Shown piece after piece: positions 1-14,079 of a stretch of 64,000 nt of DNA. Made by a program: the position numbers and the translations under genes. The notes under the pieces were generated by a model. The model saw nothing but the letters and a program-made list of their open reading frames with translations, made no database searches and had not been told where the DNA came from. The DNA comes from Camelus ferus (Eukaryota). Position 1 is the first letter of the stretch. Every line of letters begins with the position of its first letter. The stretch lies in the NCBI RefSeq assembly GCF_009834535.1, contig NC_045697.1, positions 72,170,001 to 72,234,000 on the forward strand. The letters run 5' to 3'.

Positions 1-1121
1 TGTGACTTAGACCTTAGGCATGTCGGCAAACTTCCAGGTTGAAATGGGCTTTTCCTGCCTCAGTTTCTCTACCCACTGGAATCCTTCCATGGCCACTGGG
101 GGGAAAAAACAGCTAAAACTGAGCAAAGAAAATGGAACAATTTGTTCTTAAAAACTGAAAAGTCCAAAAGAAGAGCCAGCTAGCTTCAAACTCCACTGGA
201 TTCAGAGCTGACACTCTATCATTTGGTTTCTCTCTGCCTGTCGGCTCTGACCTGTGTAGTGCAGGCTCCCACCTTTGGCTCCAGCAGCAGCCTCAGGCTC
301 ACTCTGTTAGGACACCACGTCCTGCAGCAGAAAGCCTGTTTCCTTGGAAGCTGAACCAGGTTTAAAAGGGCCCAGATTGAAGGTTTCTAGGCCCTGATTG
401 ATCTGCAGTGTTTCATAGCCCATCCCTGGAGGTAACACGGGGACAGGGAACGTGGGACAAAGTGATTGTGTAACAGCCATTCCTGTGCTGGATCTGGCAG
501 TGGGGCTAGCTACACCTTCAACATGTGGACCAAATGGGTATGGAGGATCCCCAGGCAAAAAAATATGAGTACTGGTGAAATTCAAAGAGGGAGCAAATAT
601 AACAAATCCCAATTAACTTCTCCACCTATGAGCAAACCAAGACTTCAAAACCCCTTTCATTATTGAAATTGTGTGATCATGTGTACCCCCTCACTAGGGA
701 ATGTCTAGTCTTTGTGCCATTCCCATTGTTTTATTTTTCAAGTAAGAGCTGTTTTTTATTTATTTAAAAGTGTCATATGCATTTAATAGAAATTCAAATA
801 ATATGAAGACATATATAGAGAAAAGTAAGTTTCCCTTCTATCCAAGGTCCCTCTCCTCCCTAGAGAGAAGCACTGTTATGAATCTCTTGAATAGGCTTCC
901 AAAAATAATTCTATGCATATACAAGCCTATGTGTATATGTTTATGTGTGTAAACATGTGTGTTTATACATGCAAATACATAGAAAACAAACTATAAAGCA
1001 TATTCATTTATACACACACACCTATTCTGTTAATCTATAACATATTCTGCCCCTTGCTTTTTTTATGTAACGGACATGGTAGGACATTCCTCAGCAGCTT
1101 TCAGACCTCTAGGGAAGTGAC

Positions 1122-1335
1122 AAAGCAGAATGATTAGTAGCAGACTCCAGAGCACGCTGCCCTGCGTTCAAGTCCCACCCTCCCCCTTAGTGGTAGTTTA
1201 ACCTTGGACAAGTTGGTTAACCTCTCTGTGCATCTACAAAAGACACAGCGTTGTTGAGAAGATTAAAATGAGTTCATATATATATAAAGCAGGGCCCAAC
1301 AGGTGGTAAGTGCTCTGTGAATAGCAGCTTTGGGT
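1122..1335 (+). mobile_element. MIR SINE remnant (approximate ends)
   Basis: MIR core-like accttggacaagttggttaacctctctgtgcatct...gattaaaatgagtt. Confidence 0.7.
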
Positions 1336-2159
1336 ATCTCCTTTACTCTTTGTAAGGCATTCCATTGATCAAGTGCAACTTCTCATTGCTGCTTTTGTAC
1401 GTAAACCATCTTTTATAGCCTCTGAATCCACTTTCCTTTCATCTGTCAAAGACAAGCTCAAAACACCTACCCTGATAATCCTCCTTGATCCTGATTTCTC
1501 CCTCACACTGAAATCTTTATATTTTTTAAATGTATTTGTCATTAAGTTGCCTTTTAATAGCCATGAAGTTTATTTTTTCTATAAATGTTCTTTCTGAATA
1601 GTGGGGAGGTTTTATCCTGAATTTATTTTTAGCTCTTTGGAATATCATCTCATCTCCTTGTTGTATAATTTATTTCCTACATAGTTTCCTGACGTATTTT
1701 TCTTTTTTATTTTTACTGACATATTTTTCAGCATAACAGCTCCTTTTGGAAAGTCTGCACTGATTTGCCCTCATTTCTCTAACTGAGTTAGTTGACTTCT
1801 TACGGTACCTCCTTACCAGGCCCATGAAATCTTTGCATTATCTCTGTTACTGCTCCTCATACTGCTTCAGTTACTCGCTTATATGCCTGTCTCCCCATCT
1901 CTAGACTTTATTTCTTGAGGGCAAGCACCATGTCATATTCTTCATGATAGAGTCTCCTGCTGAGAGATGTACAACTGTTTGCTGAATTAAGCTAAATTCT
2001 TTTTCATTCTTTGGGTGTTCAATTGTTGCTCACCAGTTAGAAGCTTAACTAGAGATAGAAAACTTAAATAGAAAGTTAACTTGTTTCGTTAAAGAGTGTT
2101 CAGTTAAAACTTGAGCAAGAGCAGTTTCTCTTTCTCCATTTCCTCCCTCTTACAGCTTT

Positions 2160-2560
2160 TCATAACACAGATGTGCTGATGATTCTAAATTCTTTTCTCT
2201 AGCCTAGACTTCTATTCTGGAATCCAGGCTCCAGGCTCAGCTGCTTGTTGACATCATTTGGATGTCTGGTAGACTTAAGGTGTCCAAAACTGAATTCCGA
2301 TTCTTCCCCACCAGCCTCCTCCTCCTAATGTATTTCCCTCCTCAGAAAATGGCAGCTCCATCCTCCTGGTTGCTCAGGTCAGAAAATTCTGGAGTTACCG
2401 TCAGCTACTGTCTTCTTCTCACACCCCGCATCTAACCCATCGGGTAATCCTGTTGGCTGTACCTTCAAAACATATGCATAATCTAATCACTTGTCACGAC
2501 TTCCACTGCTGCCACACTGGTACAAGCCACCATCCTTAGCATCTTTTTCCAATGGTTTTA
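2160..2560 (+). mobile_element. L2 LINE remnant (approximate ends)
   Basis: L2-like tggatgtct...tgtccaaaactgaattc...aatggcagctccatcctcctggttgctcagg. Confidence 0.65.
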
Positions 2561-3590
2561 GCATCCATGAATGATTCTTTCCAGAGTCAACTATTATCAG
2601 TAATTGATGATTTATGAGTTGTGATTTTCGATTTCATCACTCCTTTTATTTTTGTTAGTTGAAATTCTGTTTTAAAAAAGCACTTTCTCTTCACGTTCCT
2701 TTGAAACCTCTTTTTTTTTTTAAGTGTCAGTATGTACTCACGGATTATTTTGTTTTTCAGTGTCTTATAAGCCATTCCTGTCATTATGTATTTTGATGTT
2801 TAAATTGTCTGGGCCAGTAGGAGTCTTTTGTGTTAGCTCCTGTGTCCTTTTGACATGTCCCCCCTTGATTTTGAACACCTCCTTACAGCTGAAATAATAC
2901 GATACTCTAGGTTTACGCTGTACTTTCCCTGCCCCAGTCCTATAATCATCCATCTCTCCAAGAAGCCCTGGCTACTTTTATTGGAGAAATTTCTTCCAGT
3001 CTCTTTCATTAGACAGAGCTAGAAAACTGATTTTTTTTTTAAGAAAAAAAACCTTGAATTCATACTGATACCTTTAATTCCAGTCCAACATCACAGGCTT
3101 CCTCCGTTCTTTCTCTATGCCATGTTTGTATTGCCTTTCGCCAACAGTGAGCGCCCTAGTGGCCAACGGTGTTAGTATACTCACTTATTTCGCTCAGTCC
3201 TTTGGAACGTATAGAACAGCTTCAGAATTGCTATGCCAATATCAATACTAGCTATGAACTTAGTAACTACAGTGAAAATCTCTTTGCAGTTCTTCTGACT
3301 TTCAAATATATTCAAGACAGAACATTCAGTCGGAGTAATGTGTTGAAAAGATTCTTGGAATAATTTTTTTTTCTTCTATGTGGTTACAGTACTGTTAGTT
3401 AGGACAGAGTTAGTCAAATTTTTTTGTTTGTTTGTATTCAGTTTCAGGGATTTCCCATCCTTACTGATTTAATTTTATTTTTTGAACATCGGTATTTATT
3501 AATCTCACATTTTTTCATTTACATACGATTTAGACCCTTTAGAAGTCATTATAAAGTTGAATTGTTTTATCACTTTTTAAAATACTAACA

Positions 3591-3663
3591 GAACACCAGA
3601 AATGAACACAGCATTGTAAACTGACTATACTTCAATTGAAAACACACAAATAAATAAATAAAT
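3591..3663 (+). mobile_element. Very short 5'-truncated L1 3' tip with (AAAT)n tail and TSD
   Basis: Matches the reverse complement of 25448-25491. TSD AAAATACTAACA (3579-3590) / AAAATAGTAACA (3664-3675) at a TT|AAAA site. Confidence 0.8.
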
Positions 3664-4329
3664 AAAATAGTAACATAGACATAAAAGGGATCAGTCAGAG
3701 CCTTGATTAAATTGTGTTCTGGACTGTTAGTTCAGAAACCTGAATCCACATAAGCCGAGGTCTCCATATGCAGGTTTCAGAGCCTTCTTGGCCTTCCTCC
3801 CCGCCTCACGTTCAGTAGCACATGTTTATCCAGTGCATGCCACATGCAGGCACCATGCTGAGCTCTGTGGTCACACACATGAATGTGATCATCTCTGCCC
3901 TCGGGGTTACATGGAACAGCCAGGAAACAGCACATCCAGGATGATGATAGGGCTACTATCCAGGATTTGCTGGAGGAATGCCTCTTCAGGATGCTCTGCA
4001 GCGTGCGTGCGTGTGTGTGTGTGTGTAGGGCCAAGGGAAAATGCACCCTTACTTGAGATTACCTCCAGGCTGGATAGACCCCACCCCTCTACTTGTGACA
4101 GGATGCTCATGTCATTTCAAAAGTGGATTTCCAAACCAGAGACTGGAGAGCTGTGTATCCATCTCAGGCACCTTAGTAAGAACAGATCACACCAAACATA
4201 TTTCACTCTCTTCCTTGGCAGGGTTTCTAAGATGGTGAAACACTGAGATGTTGGAGCTCTCTGGTTTGGTACTTCAACAGTTAATAGTATCTTTTTATGC
4301 TGGTGATGTCAACCTGGAGGGATATTTCC

Positions 4330-5130
4330 AGCCCCAGGGATCCTTCCGTAGCCACTTCAATATATTTTATCAGTGTCTTCAGTGGAGGCTTTATTAAATT
4401 TGCAGTGACATGAGGTGATAGATAACACATAATCTGAGTTCACGTGAATTTTGAAAAGCTGGGGCAAAGGGCTAAATTCTTAAGCAATGATATTTTAAAA
4501 AGTTGAATGCATCCAGAAAACAAATTACTACAACTGCAGGGTGAGAGGGATATTCATGAAAAGAGATCTAGAAGTTTCAGGTAATAATGGGCTCAACATG
4601 AGCCAGCAATGTGATGTGGCAGCCAGACAAGTAGTTCTCCACGAGGCTGTACTAACAGCAGTATAGCGTGCAAAACCAGGCAGTGGTCTCTCCCCTGCTC
4701 GGGTTTGGAAGGCCACACCGGGATAACTGTGTACACTGCTGAGCACCATTTTTGTAGAGAAATGGAAACCAACTTGAGTGTGTTCCGAGCAGAATGATGG
4801 CAGAACTCAGACATTCCTCAAGGGGAAGTAGTCATTGAGCTTGGGAATATTTATAGCCTGGAGAATTTGGTTGTCTTCAAATATTTGGATGGCTGTCATG
4901 GGAAAGAAGGATGAGATGTGTCCTGTCCATCATAGGAGAAGGAAATAAAAAGCACTGAGTGGAGACCCCAGGAGAGAGGGGTTTCCGTCACGCAGAGTCA
5001 GAGCTGCCTGAGGGTGGAATGTATAGCCTCAGGAAGTTCCTTATATACTTTCCTTTCTGAAGAAGGAAACGGGGAGTTCATGGTCGCTGGACTAGTTCAA
5101 AAATACACTGGAAGACTACAGGGCAGGGAA
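4330..5130 (+). mobile_element. CR1/L3 LINE ORF2 remnant (approximate ends)
   Basis: ctcaacatgagccagcaatgtgatgtggcagcc encodes LNMSQQCDVAA, typical of the CR1 RT C-terminal region; the rest is degraded. Confidence 0.7.
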
Positions 5131-7126
5131 GCAAACTTGTGTTAAGATCCCTTATGATCAGTAAATTTCATTTTTCTATGCCTTTAAAAAGATTTTTTTA
5201 CTTAATACGTTGTAAGTTCGTAATAAGGGAAAAACCAAGATTTGGGTATAGAGAGTTACAATTTTCTGGCAAATCCCCCAAATAATAGAAATTTATAGCT
5301 TGCAGAGCATCAAAGTGTACTATTTATTTCATTTACTTTGTGTTTTAGTCTGTAGAAGCTGAACAATACACAGTTTTCATGTTGAAGGGGCTTTTGCAGG
5401 TTTAAAGTTCTACCATGTTTCCAAATTACTGGCTGATGTTATCCTAGAGCTTGTTAGAAATTTTGGTGTTTCTCCCTTCCTCCTTTTGCTTACATCATAG
5501 TATGTGGATGGTACAACATGTTGGTTAACCTCAGTCTGACACTTAGATCGTGTTTTCTCTTTTGCCCTATCAGTATCTGGGATGTAAATTAACCAATAAA
5601 GTGGCAACAAGAAATCAGACAAAGAAAATTTCCCATTTCTATTCACTTGTAATTCTCCTAATTTAGTAGGGGTTTTCCACAGGAAATCACAGAAGAATAG
5701 TTGAAATGCTTTATCTTATGTACTTTCCTCCTGAAGAAGGGAACAATTAATTGTCTTCTTCCCAAAGTGGTCCACATTCTTGTACAGGCAGCTGTATTTA
5801 CTGTAGTACAAATTAACTTCTATGTTAAATGAATATCTCTAAGTACTTTCAGTCATTAAGAGCCATATTATTTAGTTACTTCTCTAACCAGTGGATTTCA
5901 GTGAAGGTAATAGAAGAGGTTTTCTAAGCAAGAAAATATATCATGAGGATGATTGTATGCCTTTACAGAAAGAAATCATTGATATTTAATCCCAAGTAAA
6001 CTTGAATATTACAGAGTCATAAGATACTCTTAATTTTCTCAAATTAGGTTTACATAAAAAAGTGTTGAGAGACCTTAAAACTATTTTAAAAGAATGTTAA
6101 AAACTTATATTAATAAATTTCTATTTTCAAAGAATAAATAAATCTGAAACCTAAAATTTTTATTTTGACATACATCAATCATACCTTATGTGACCTAATC
6201 CTTCTAGTTATTTTATGTAGTTTGTAAGAATTTAAAAAAACATTGTAGATTAGAATTTCTCATTCTGTCTTTGTTTTGCTTGTGTGTTTCTCCCCTACCC
6301 TCCTGCTTGTGTAACTGAAGTGTTCTTGACGTATCCCCAGAAAAGTGGGTTCTTTATTATTATCAGACTTAACCACCCAGGGCAGGGCCCTCCTTGGATT
6401 TACTGAAAATAAACACTTTGGTTACTCAATTTCAGTTTTAATGACAAAAGTTAAAATCTTTGCCTAACATAAAGGTTTTTCTTTGTCTCTAAATTTTGAT
6501 TTTCCATGCTATCAGAGGCCCCATTGCAACAGGTAATTTGAGTGTTGATTGTATGTTTTCTCAGTTTGTAATTGTGTTAAATGTATTTTAAAATGTTCAC
6601 AATTTTAAAATTGAGTTTACCTGTTAGTTTCCTTCCAACTCAGAAATTCTGTGATTTAAAGATTTTTTTCAGTTTGAAAATTGTGATCTTAAGGTGTTGT
6701 CCTGTGTTTTCCTATACATATGTATAAAACTAGGAATCATAGAATTTTAGAGCTGGAAGATGTATGAGATGTTCTCTAGTGACTCTACATAGGAAGAATT
6801 CGGAAGTCCAGAGAGGTTAGGGGACTAACATGAGATCATAGCAGTAGCTGGCTGCTAGACCTCTGGCCACTTACTGGAGCAGTAAAAATCAGCACTAAAA
6901 ATTAACCCACATATTTTTGTCTGAAAATGTGTAGACTTCAGGAGAACATTCTTCTACAAATTTAAGCATCTTGAGGCATTTATATTAAGAACAATTTATG
7001 TAAATCCTTATAAACGGTGCTGTCATCCCCGTTGTTTTCTCCAAGCCTGGAATCACACTTGTAAATAAGTCACAACTTGGGGTAGGTTAAAGTGTCTTGA
7101 TTTCACACTCCTGGGATATTTTTCAG

Positions 7127-7330
7127 TGACTCAGAGGTGCAAACTGCTGCTGCAGAGTTAGACCTGTTTTCAGGTGGGAGGGGGCCCGCGTGTCCCTGGG
7201 ATGCTGCTGGGGAAAGCCCTCGGCGCGCGGCTGCCCTGGCGGAGGCGGGCTGGGTGATGAAGCGAGATCAGCCACCAGATTACACGGGGCCCGCGGCCGA
7301 GGGAGCGCTTCTCCGCCTCCTGGGCTCGCT
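7127..7330. promoter_or_regulatory. Small CpG-rich intronic element with AP-1 and kB-like motifs (candidate enhancer)
   Basis: About 16 CpGs in 7185-7330 within a CpG-poor intron; TGACTCA at 7127-7133; GGGGAAAGCCC at 7209-7219; GC-box-like GAGGCGGG. Confidence 0.45.
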
Positions 7331-10300
7331 TCTGTTTTACCTGGAACCAACCCCTGATACTGTCTTCTGCCCATCCTGCCACCTTGGCCAAGCCCTAGCA
7401 TCACTGGGAAATTGTATGGTCAGGGCTAAGTTCTCCCTGAGAACTAAGTTTATAAAAATTAAAGATGTTTTAGCGCCTTCACAGCCAATCTGTCTGTAAA
7501 TGGTAGTTCTTTTTCTCCGTGGAAAAGCCTAAGGGAGTGCAAGTGCTTCAAAAAATAATCCTCTTAGAAATAAACACAGCGCCAGGGTTCGGAGGAGCTC
7601 CTGAGTATGATGCAAGCCAAGGAGTTAGCAGGATTTTTCAAGTGAATTGGCTTCACGCTCTCACCCTTTGCTAGAACTTTCCAAAACCTTCTCAGAGTCG
7701 TCCCTCATAGCAATGGTAGAGAGATGAACCCTGTCCTGTGGCTGTAATCCCTCGGCAGACCTGACGGCAAGTGGCCTGGTGAGCCCTGCTGTCTGCGCCC
7801 TTTGTTAGTACTGCCTGGGAGCTGCTGACCACTCGGCTGCTCCCTGTTTCCTCGGTGTAGCCTGGAGCCAGCGAGTTACTGAGCCGTTAGTTTGTTGAAC
7901 AAACATTGATTAAATAGTACGGATTCTGGGGGCTGAGGAAATGGAAGAATTGGATAGTGCGCTGGTCCTCAAAGACCAGTCAGTTTAATAGGGGAACTAT
8001 GATACGTCCTTAAATATCTGAAGTGTGATCGTGTTGTTTGTTTCATTCACTACCACAGAACCAGAACTGCAGCTGCCACATAGGAACTGCTAAATAAAGT
8101 AACATTATTTTTATATGAAAGAGTGAATGATCTAATGGCCCTAAGGGAAAGATAAACTTAAAAGAGCCAGCAAGTTGGGGTGGTCAGAGAAGACTTCAAG
8201 GCAGAGGTGGCGTTGGGGGCCGGCTCTTGAGCGAAAGGTAGAAATTGGCAGCGTAGGTCTAACTAGAAAAAATAGCACAAGCAGAAAAATCAGCAGCAAA
8301 GGCTCAAAATTAGAAATCTCTGAGGTTGAATGGAAATAGTGAATAATTCTGCTGGAATGAAGAGTACATGGAAGGGAAAGATGGGAATGAGACTAGAGGG
8401 GTGTGATAGGGCCAAATTGTACAAAGCTCAAGAATTTAGACCACGTTTTGTAGAAAATGGGTAGATTATATAAATTTTAATGTAGGAACGATATGCTATA
8501 TCAGCATGGTGCTTTAGGAATAGAAATCTGGTAGCAAGCTGCCTAGGGGCTGGGAAGGAAAAGCACAGGAACACAAGCTGGGAAAATTGCAGTGATTCGT
8601 TGTGAGTTAAACTCAAAATGTAGGCTGAGATAGATGCACAAGGGCAGTGAGAATAGAGGAAAGGGATAAGTGCCAGAGATTGGGGGGGTTGGGGGGGCAC
8701 CTGGCTGAAATTTGGCCACTGATTAAATGTAGACGACAACAGAGGAACCCAAGATGATGGGAGGATTTGGGTGCAGTTGCTTAGAAGGTGGTGGTTTCAT
8801 TTAGTAGGAGGTGGAGCAGGTTTCAGGAGGAGGGCCGTTTGTTCAGTCACGGGCAAATCGAGTTATAAGTTATGGACAGGAAGATGCGAAAGGTAAGTAC
8901 ATGAAATTTAAATTGAGGAGTCATCTGCATGGAGCAGAAAATTAAATCCAGGAGACTCCATAAGAGTATCAGAGAGTGATTATGGTAAAGACTGGAAAAG
9001 GACCAAAGACTAATCTCTGGCACAGTGGTTAGTGGGTTTGGAAACATGGAGTCCATCATAATCTTTAAGAACTTTTTAATTTGGGGAGCAGGGGAATTAG
9101 TTAATTTGTGGAGGGCTCCAGATTAAGTTGGAATTTCAGCATTAGTGATTAGATCTTTTCTTGCATACTTGGTAAGGAAAAACAGAATGGCACTCAAGCA
9201 GGTATAAGTACCTTTTAAGAACCTTTCTTGTTGAGTATGGAGACCATCAAATGAAACAGTGGTTTTGTAGTCCTGTATTTCTTGGTGTGGTGCCTGTCCC
9301 ATAGATTTCAGTAAATGCTAACCTGAACAGTTGTCATCATCATTGTCAGGAAAGGAGTTTTTAGAATAAGAGAGAGGAGTGTGCATGTTTTGTGGGCTGA
9401 GGGGAAGGGTTCTTCACAGAGGGAGGGAGGAGAGTAACTCGAGGAGGTCTGGAGTAAGTGTGGCATTAAAGGTGGAAACATAGTGGTTAGCCCTAGAAAA
9501 GGGAACAAACCTGCATTTCTCTGAATTAGGAGAGGACATGTGAAGTAATAAGGACGTTTTGAGCCTGGGTAACAGTGAGGAGAAGGGAGGTTGCAGAGCC
9601 TGACACGCAATGGTTTCCACCTTCTCAAAAAATCAGAAGAAATCTCAGTGACAGCTATCTACTTAAGGTGTGAAGAAACAAAGCCGAATCACTGTCATTT
9701 ATTCTGCACCTGCTATGAATCAAGAACTGTATTAGAGATTAAAAAATACCTCCTTTACTCCTTGTGAAAATTCAGACATGATGTATCTGTATTCACATTT
9801 TACAGGTAAGAAGACACGTCACAAAGGCTAAGTCACTTGCCCAAGATGGCCCCGCAGGTGGTGGGAGGAGACGAGCTTCAGAGCCAGGTCCATCTGACTC
9901 CAGGCCTGTGCTCTTTATTGAAAGGGAGCCCACTGGCTTGAGATCTTGGAGATGTAGCCCTGCACTGCATGTTGATAAGGTCCTGTGCAGTGGTTATTCT
10001 TGACAGTCACCAGACTGACATCAAAGAAGGGCCCTCTCATTTGAGAAGGACGTGACTGTGAAATTGAGGTGAACCAGAAATGTGAATTCTGGGTCCCTGA
10101 GGGCGATAATAAGGCAAGGAATAGAGAAAACGTAGGAGTCAGGTGCTTAGGCTCTGCAGTACAGTGGGAGAATGCCTTATGGGCAGCAACAGTCAGTGTG
10201 GGAGGACGGGAGTCCGAGGGGGTGTCTGGGACTTTAAGAGGAGCGCTGCTACCTTGGTTTTCCAAAGGAGATAATTTAAGAGTCACCTGCCCGTCATGTC

Positions 10301-10599
10301 CCCACAGCTGCCCAAATTCCTGCCCCTCAGCAGTAAGATTCCTCTGACTATCCTGCAGGTCCAGAGCCCGCATCCAGACACCCTCCTTCTATCAGCCTAG
10401 GCTAATGTTCTGCTCTGCTGTGAATAATCACGTTCTAATTTAAATAGCTTGTTGAGAGGCTACACTTGGAACTAGCCTTTTTTTTTTTTTTTTGAAAAAG
10501 ACAAAATAAGGAAAGAGAGAATATAGTTTCCTAATTTCCACTCTCTACCTGACACAACTCTTTGTATCTTAATAAATCGTCTTCCAGAGATAACATTTT

Positions 10600-11410
10600 A
10601 ATCATCTCATTTAATCATGCATTCACTGAAGAATTATCGAATGATTACAACGTAGCAAACATCACTGCAGGCACTGGGGACATAGTAGGGAAGAAATCAT
10701 CGTCCCCACTGTTACAGAGCCTTTGTTCCAAAAGGAAAGGAAGGCAATAATCAAAGTAAGTAAGATGTGTAGTCTACTAAGTGAAAGTTAATGCGGGGAG
10801 GAGAGTCGGAGGAAGGAGCAAGGAACGCAGGGGTAGGGGTGGCCCATGGAGGCTTCCCTGACAGAACGGCATTTCTGCAACTCCTGAAGGAAAGCATGAG
10901 AACATGCAGGCATCCAGGCAAAGAGTGTCCTAGGCAGAGGCCACAGCAGGTGCAGAAGCTCTCAGGTGGGAGCTGAGCTGGCACGGAGGCCTGCAAGTAG
11001 TGAAAAACAAGATCCAAGAGGAAGCAGGAGTCAGACCGCTCAGGGCCTGTGTGCTGTCGTAGAGACTTTGGCTTTCAAGATGGAAAGCCATTAGCAGGTT
11101 CGGAGGGGTTTTTTTTTTTCCTTTTTTCATTTCTTACTATGGAAAATGTTAATCACATATACACAAAATACTACGATGAGTCCCCTTGACTACTCGTTCA
11201 GTTTCAACAGCTTCCACTTTTGGAGGACTTTGAGCAGAGGAGTGTCAAGGTTTGGCATGACCTGACTTGAACAGGATTCCCCAGGAGAACAGGCCGTGGG
11301 GAAATGGGGCAAGCACAGAAACATAGGAGCAAAAACTTCAGAAATGAATCACAGTGGCTTGAAATAGGGAGTGGCAGTGGAGATGGTGAGAAGTGGTCAG
11401 TTTCAGGATA
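10600..11410 (-). mobile_element. L2 LINE remnant, interrupted by a short L1-like piece near 11110-11215 (approximate ends)
   Basis: Antisense L2-like text: cattcact...ggcactggggacatag...gatggaaagccattagcaggtt...tttgagcagaggagtg...ggcagtggagatggtgagaagtgg. Confidence 0.65.
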
Positions 11411-12194
11411 GCTTAAAGGTCCTACTAGATACTATCTATTTTATGGTTTGTTCAAAAAAAAAAAGAATTCAAGAAGGCACCTAGTACAAGCAAGGAGGGT
11501 GAGAGAAGTAGAAAAGGGATGGTATCACATTATTTTAAATTTTATTTTCTATTTAAGAATAAACTCAGATTCCAAAAAAAAAAAAAGCTGGCTTATAAAT
11601 TAACATTTGTAATACAATTCATCCATAAGTTACAAACTGACTGCTCTTCCCATATTATTTTGTAACCATGGATAGCTGGGCCATGCAAAGGGTAAGGATT
11701 TATTCATAATTTATTAATGAGGTAATGACACCTATCGAGGTACAAGTCCCCAGTGATTTTTGAAGTTAGCAATAGTGTGTTACTTGACTTTCTGAAAGAA
11801 GTATGATTTATAAGCTGCTATATTTGATGTAATGAAAGTGAAAATTCAAATAAAACAAACAAAAGAAACTATAGGTCAAAGAATGAGAGAAAAGGCAAAC
11901 TTTCAAAGCACAGTTTTATGTAGACAGAGATGTTATTCCTCTTCTCTCCATGGTTGATGAAACCCTCTTTGCCCATTTTGTTGTGTTTCATGGCACAGTT
12001 TGCCCTTCTAATCCCAGGCTAACATCGGAGCCATATGTGCCCTTGGTCAAACAGGCAGGGTAATACACAAGGTGAAAGAATGTGAGTGAGTCAGCGCACA
12101 TCCGGGAGCACTGCTAGGAGAACTGCTGCGTCCTCAGCAGTGACTGGGTCAGAGGATGCACCCGTGTCATCCCGTTTATGAGAACAACGCACTT

Positions 12195-12560
12195 ACATTC
12201 AGAAGATTCTGGGTCTTGATCTTGGGTTATGTCACTTGTTAATCTGTCTGAACTTCCATGTTTTCTTATCTGCAAACTGGGGGTGATGGTGCTAAGTCTG
12301 TCCACTTCACAGGGTCATTGGGAAGCCCAGGGAAGGAATAGGCCCTTTATAAATAAAAGAGAAGGAAAGAAACTGGGGTTTCCACGGTACCTGCCACGTC
12401 CCAGACACTGTGTGGTTCTCACAACAGCCCTCTGAGGTCCTGTTACTGGCCCACTTTGTAGATGTGGAGCATGAGGCTCAGAGAGGTTATTTAACTTGTG
12501 TAAACCCACAGAGCTGAAAGAAGAAAGGGCTGGGATTTGATCTCAGATTGGATCAACTTG
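12195..12560. mobile_element. Two MIR remnants in opposite orientation (about 12195-12320 +, about 12380-12560 -)
   Basis: cttatctgcaaactgggggtgat versus ccactttgtagatgtggagcatgaggctcagagaggttatttaacttg. Confidence 0.65.
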
Positions 12561-12753
12561 AAATCCCTGTGTTAAGGAGGAGGAACTGACTTACTAAGCA
12601 TCTTCCTATTCTATGCCAGGAACTGTTAGACCTGGTTCTGAACTATCTTGTTTGATTAGGTAATTCTGTACTTCCGGGGTGCTCAACAAATAATGAAGAA
12701 CAATAAAATCTGACTATTTTTCATCACAGAGAGGGAATGTATTATGAAAACAA

Positions 12754-12846
12754 TTTCTTTTCTTTCCTCCTCCTGCTCTTCCTCCTCCTCTTCTCCTTCC
12801 CCCCCTCCTTCCTGTCCCTTTCCTTTGCCCTCCTCTTTTTTCTTCA
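12754..12846. repeat. Polypyrimidine/(CCT)n low-complexity tract
   Basis: About 90 nt of nearly pure C/T. Confidence 0.85.
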
Positions 12847-14079
12847 TTTTATAATATGACTTGCAACATAACCAAGAAGAATCAATGCATAGTTTAGTAC
12901 TATCTGTGGCATGGTATTTTTATGAAGACTCTCACAAGAGGACAGATGCGCTTCCGCCACCTCAAAACTGTCTCTGAGACCTTCTTCCCACAACACACAC
13001 CAACAAATCCAGACAGACAGATTATTCAGGAAGAACTGTCATGTACCAGCACTGTGCTAGGGAAAGGAGAGGTCTGGGCAGACCCGACATATACAAAAGA
13101 AAAAGTGATTAAGCCAGGTGGTAGCCGGTGTAAGAGATGAGAAATGGACTTTGGAGGTGGACAGACTGCAGGTTCCAAGAACTGCCCAATCACTCCAATT
13201 ACAGGAATGATGACAGTTTACTTCATCCTAATGTACCCCAGCTCCCTTGGCTGTGGAATGGGGTAGCACTACTGACCCCACAGGGCTGATGTGAAGATAG
13301 ACTGAGTTAACATGGTCCCTTCCCTTCCACAAAAACAGAAAGTGAGAAAATATAAATGGATGCACTCTGGGAGTTTAACAAGCAAGAGAGGCTAAGACCA
13401 CAACCCTTGCAATAGACTGCATATAATTTTCCTGCCCCATTCCTATCAGATTCCCCCCCAAAAAAGACAGTAGTGGAGTTTTGTGGGCTAGAGTGGTGAG
13501 GAGAGTGGTGCGGAAGATTCAGATTTAGGTCATACCCTTGAAGAACGGGTGGTTCTAGATGGAGATGAGGAGGAAGGGATGCCCCCAGGTGGTAGGAACA
13601 CCTGAAGGAAGCCCTGAGAGGTGGTGACCAGGGTGACTGAGGAGATACTGAGCAGGACTCCCACCACAGAGCCTGGTACATGCTCTTCTCCCTGTCAGGA
13701 GTGCTCTTCCCAACCCCCACCTCCTACCCACCCCGTCCCTTGTTATATTCTTACTCTTCATAACTCCCTTACGAAGCTTTCTCTGACTTCCTGACCAGGT
13801 CAGATCCCTATTTTTATATGTCCTTTGTAAGTGCCTCATAGTTAGCATTGACGTTTATTGGTGAGACATTTGGTTAGTATCAGTTCCACTCTTTAATTCC
13901 CATAAGAACAAGAGTTAAGTCTGTTTCGCACTCAGCTATGTATCCCTTCACTCCCTGATCTACTGAAGCGCCTGGAGCATAGAAGGTGCTTCGTAAATGC
14001 TCAGGGAATAAATGGATACATTGTGGTTACTAGTGAGGTAATAGCCTGGGTAGGAGAGAAGGTTTGTATTTGCCATTGC

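Noticed and set aside
3447..3456. kB consensus GGGATTTCCC
   Set aside because: Isolated and apparently inside old L1-like sequence; within chance expectation.
4001..4026. (GCGT)n(GT)n tract and other short microsatellites (33580-33597, 34179-34206, 35026-35041)
   Set aside because: Ordinary short tandem repeats with no sign of function.
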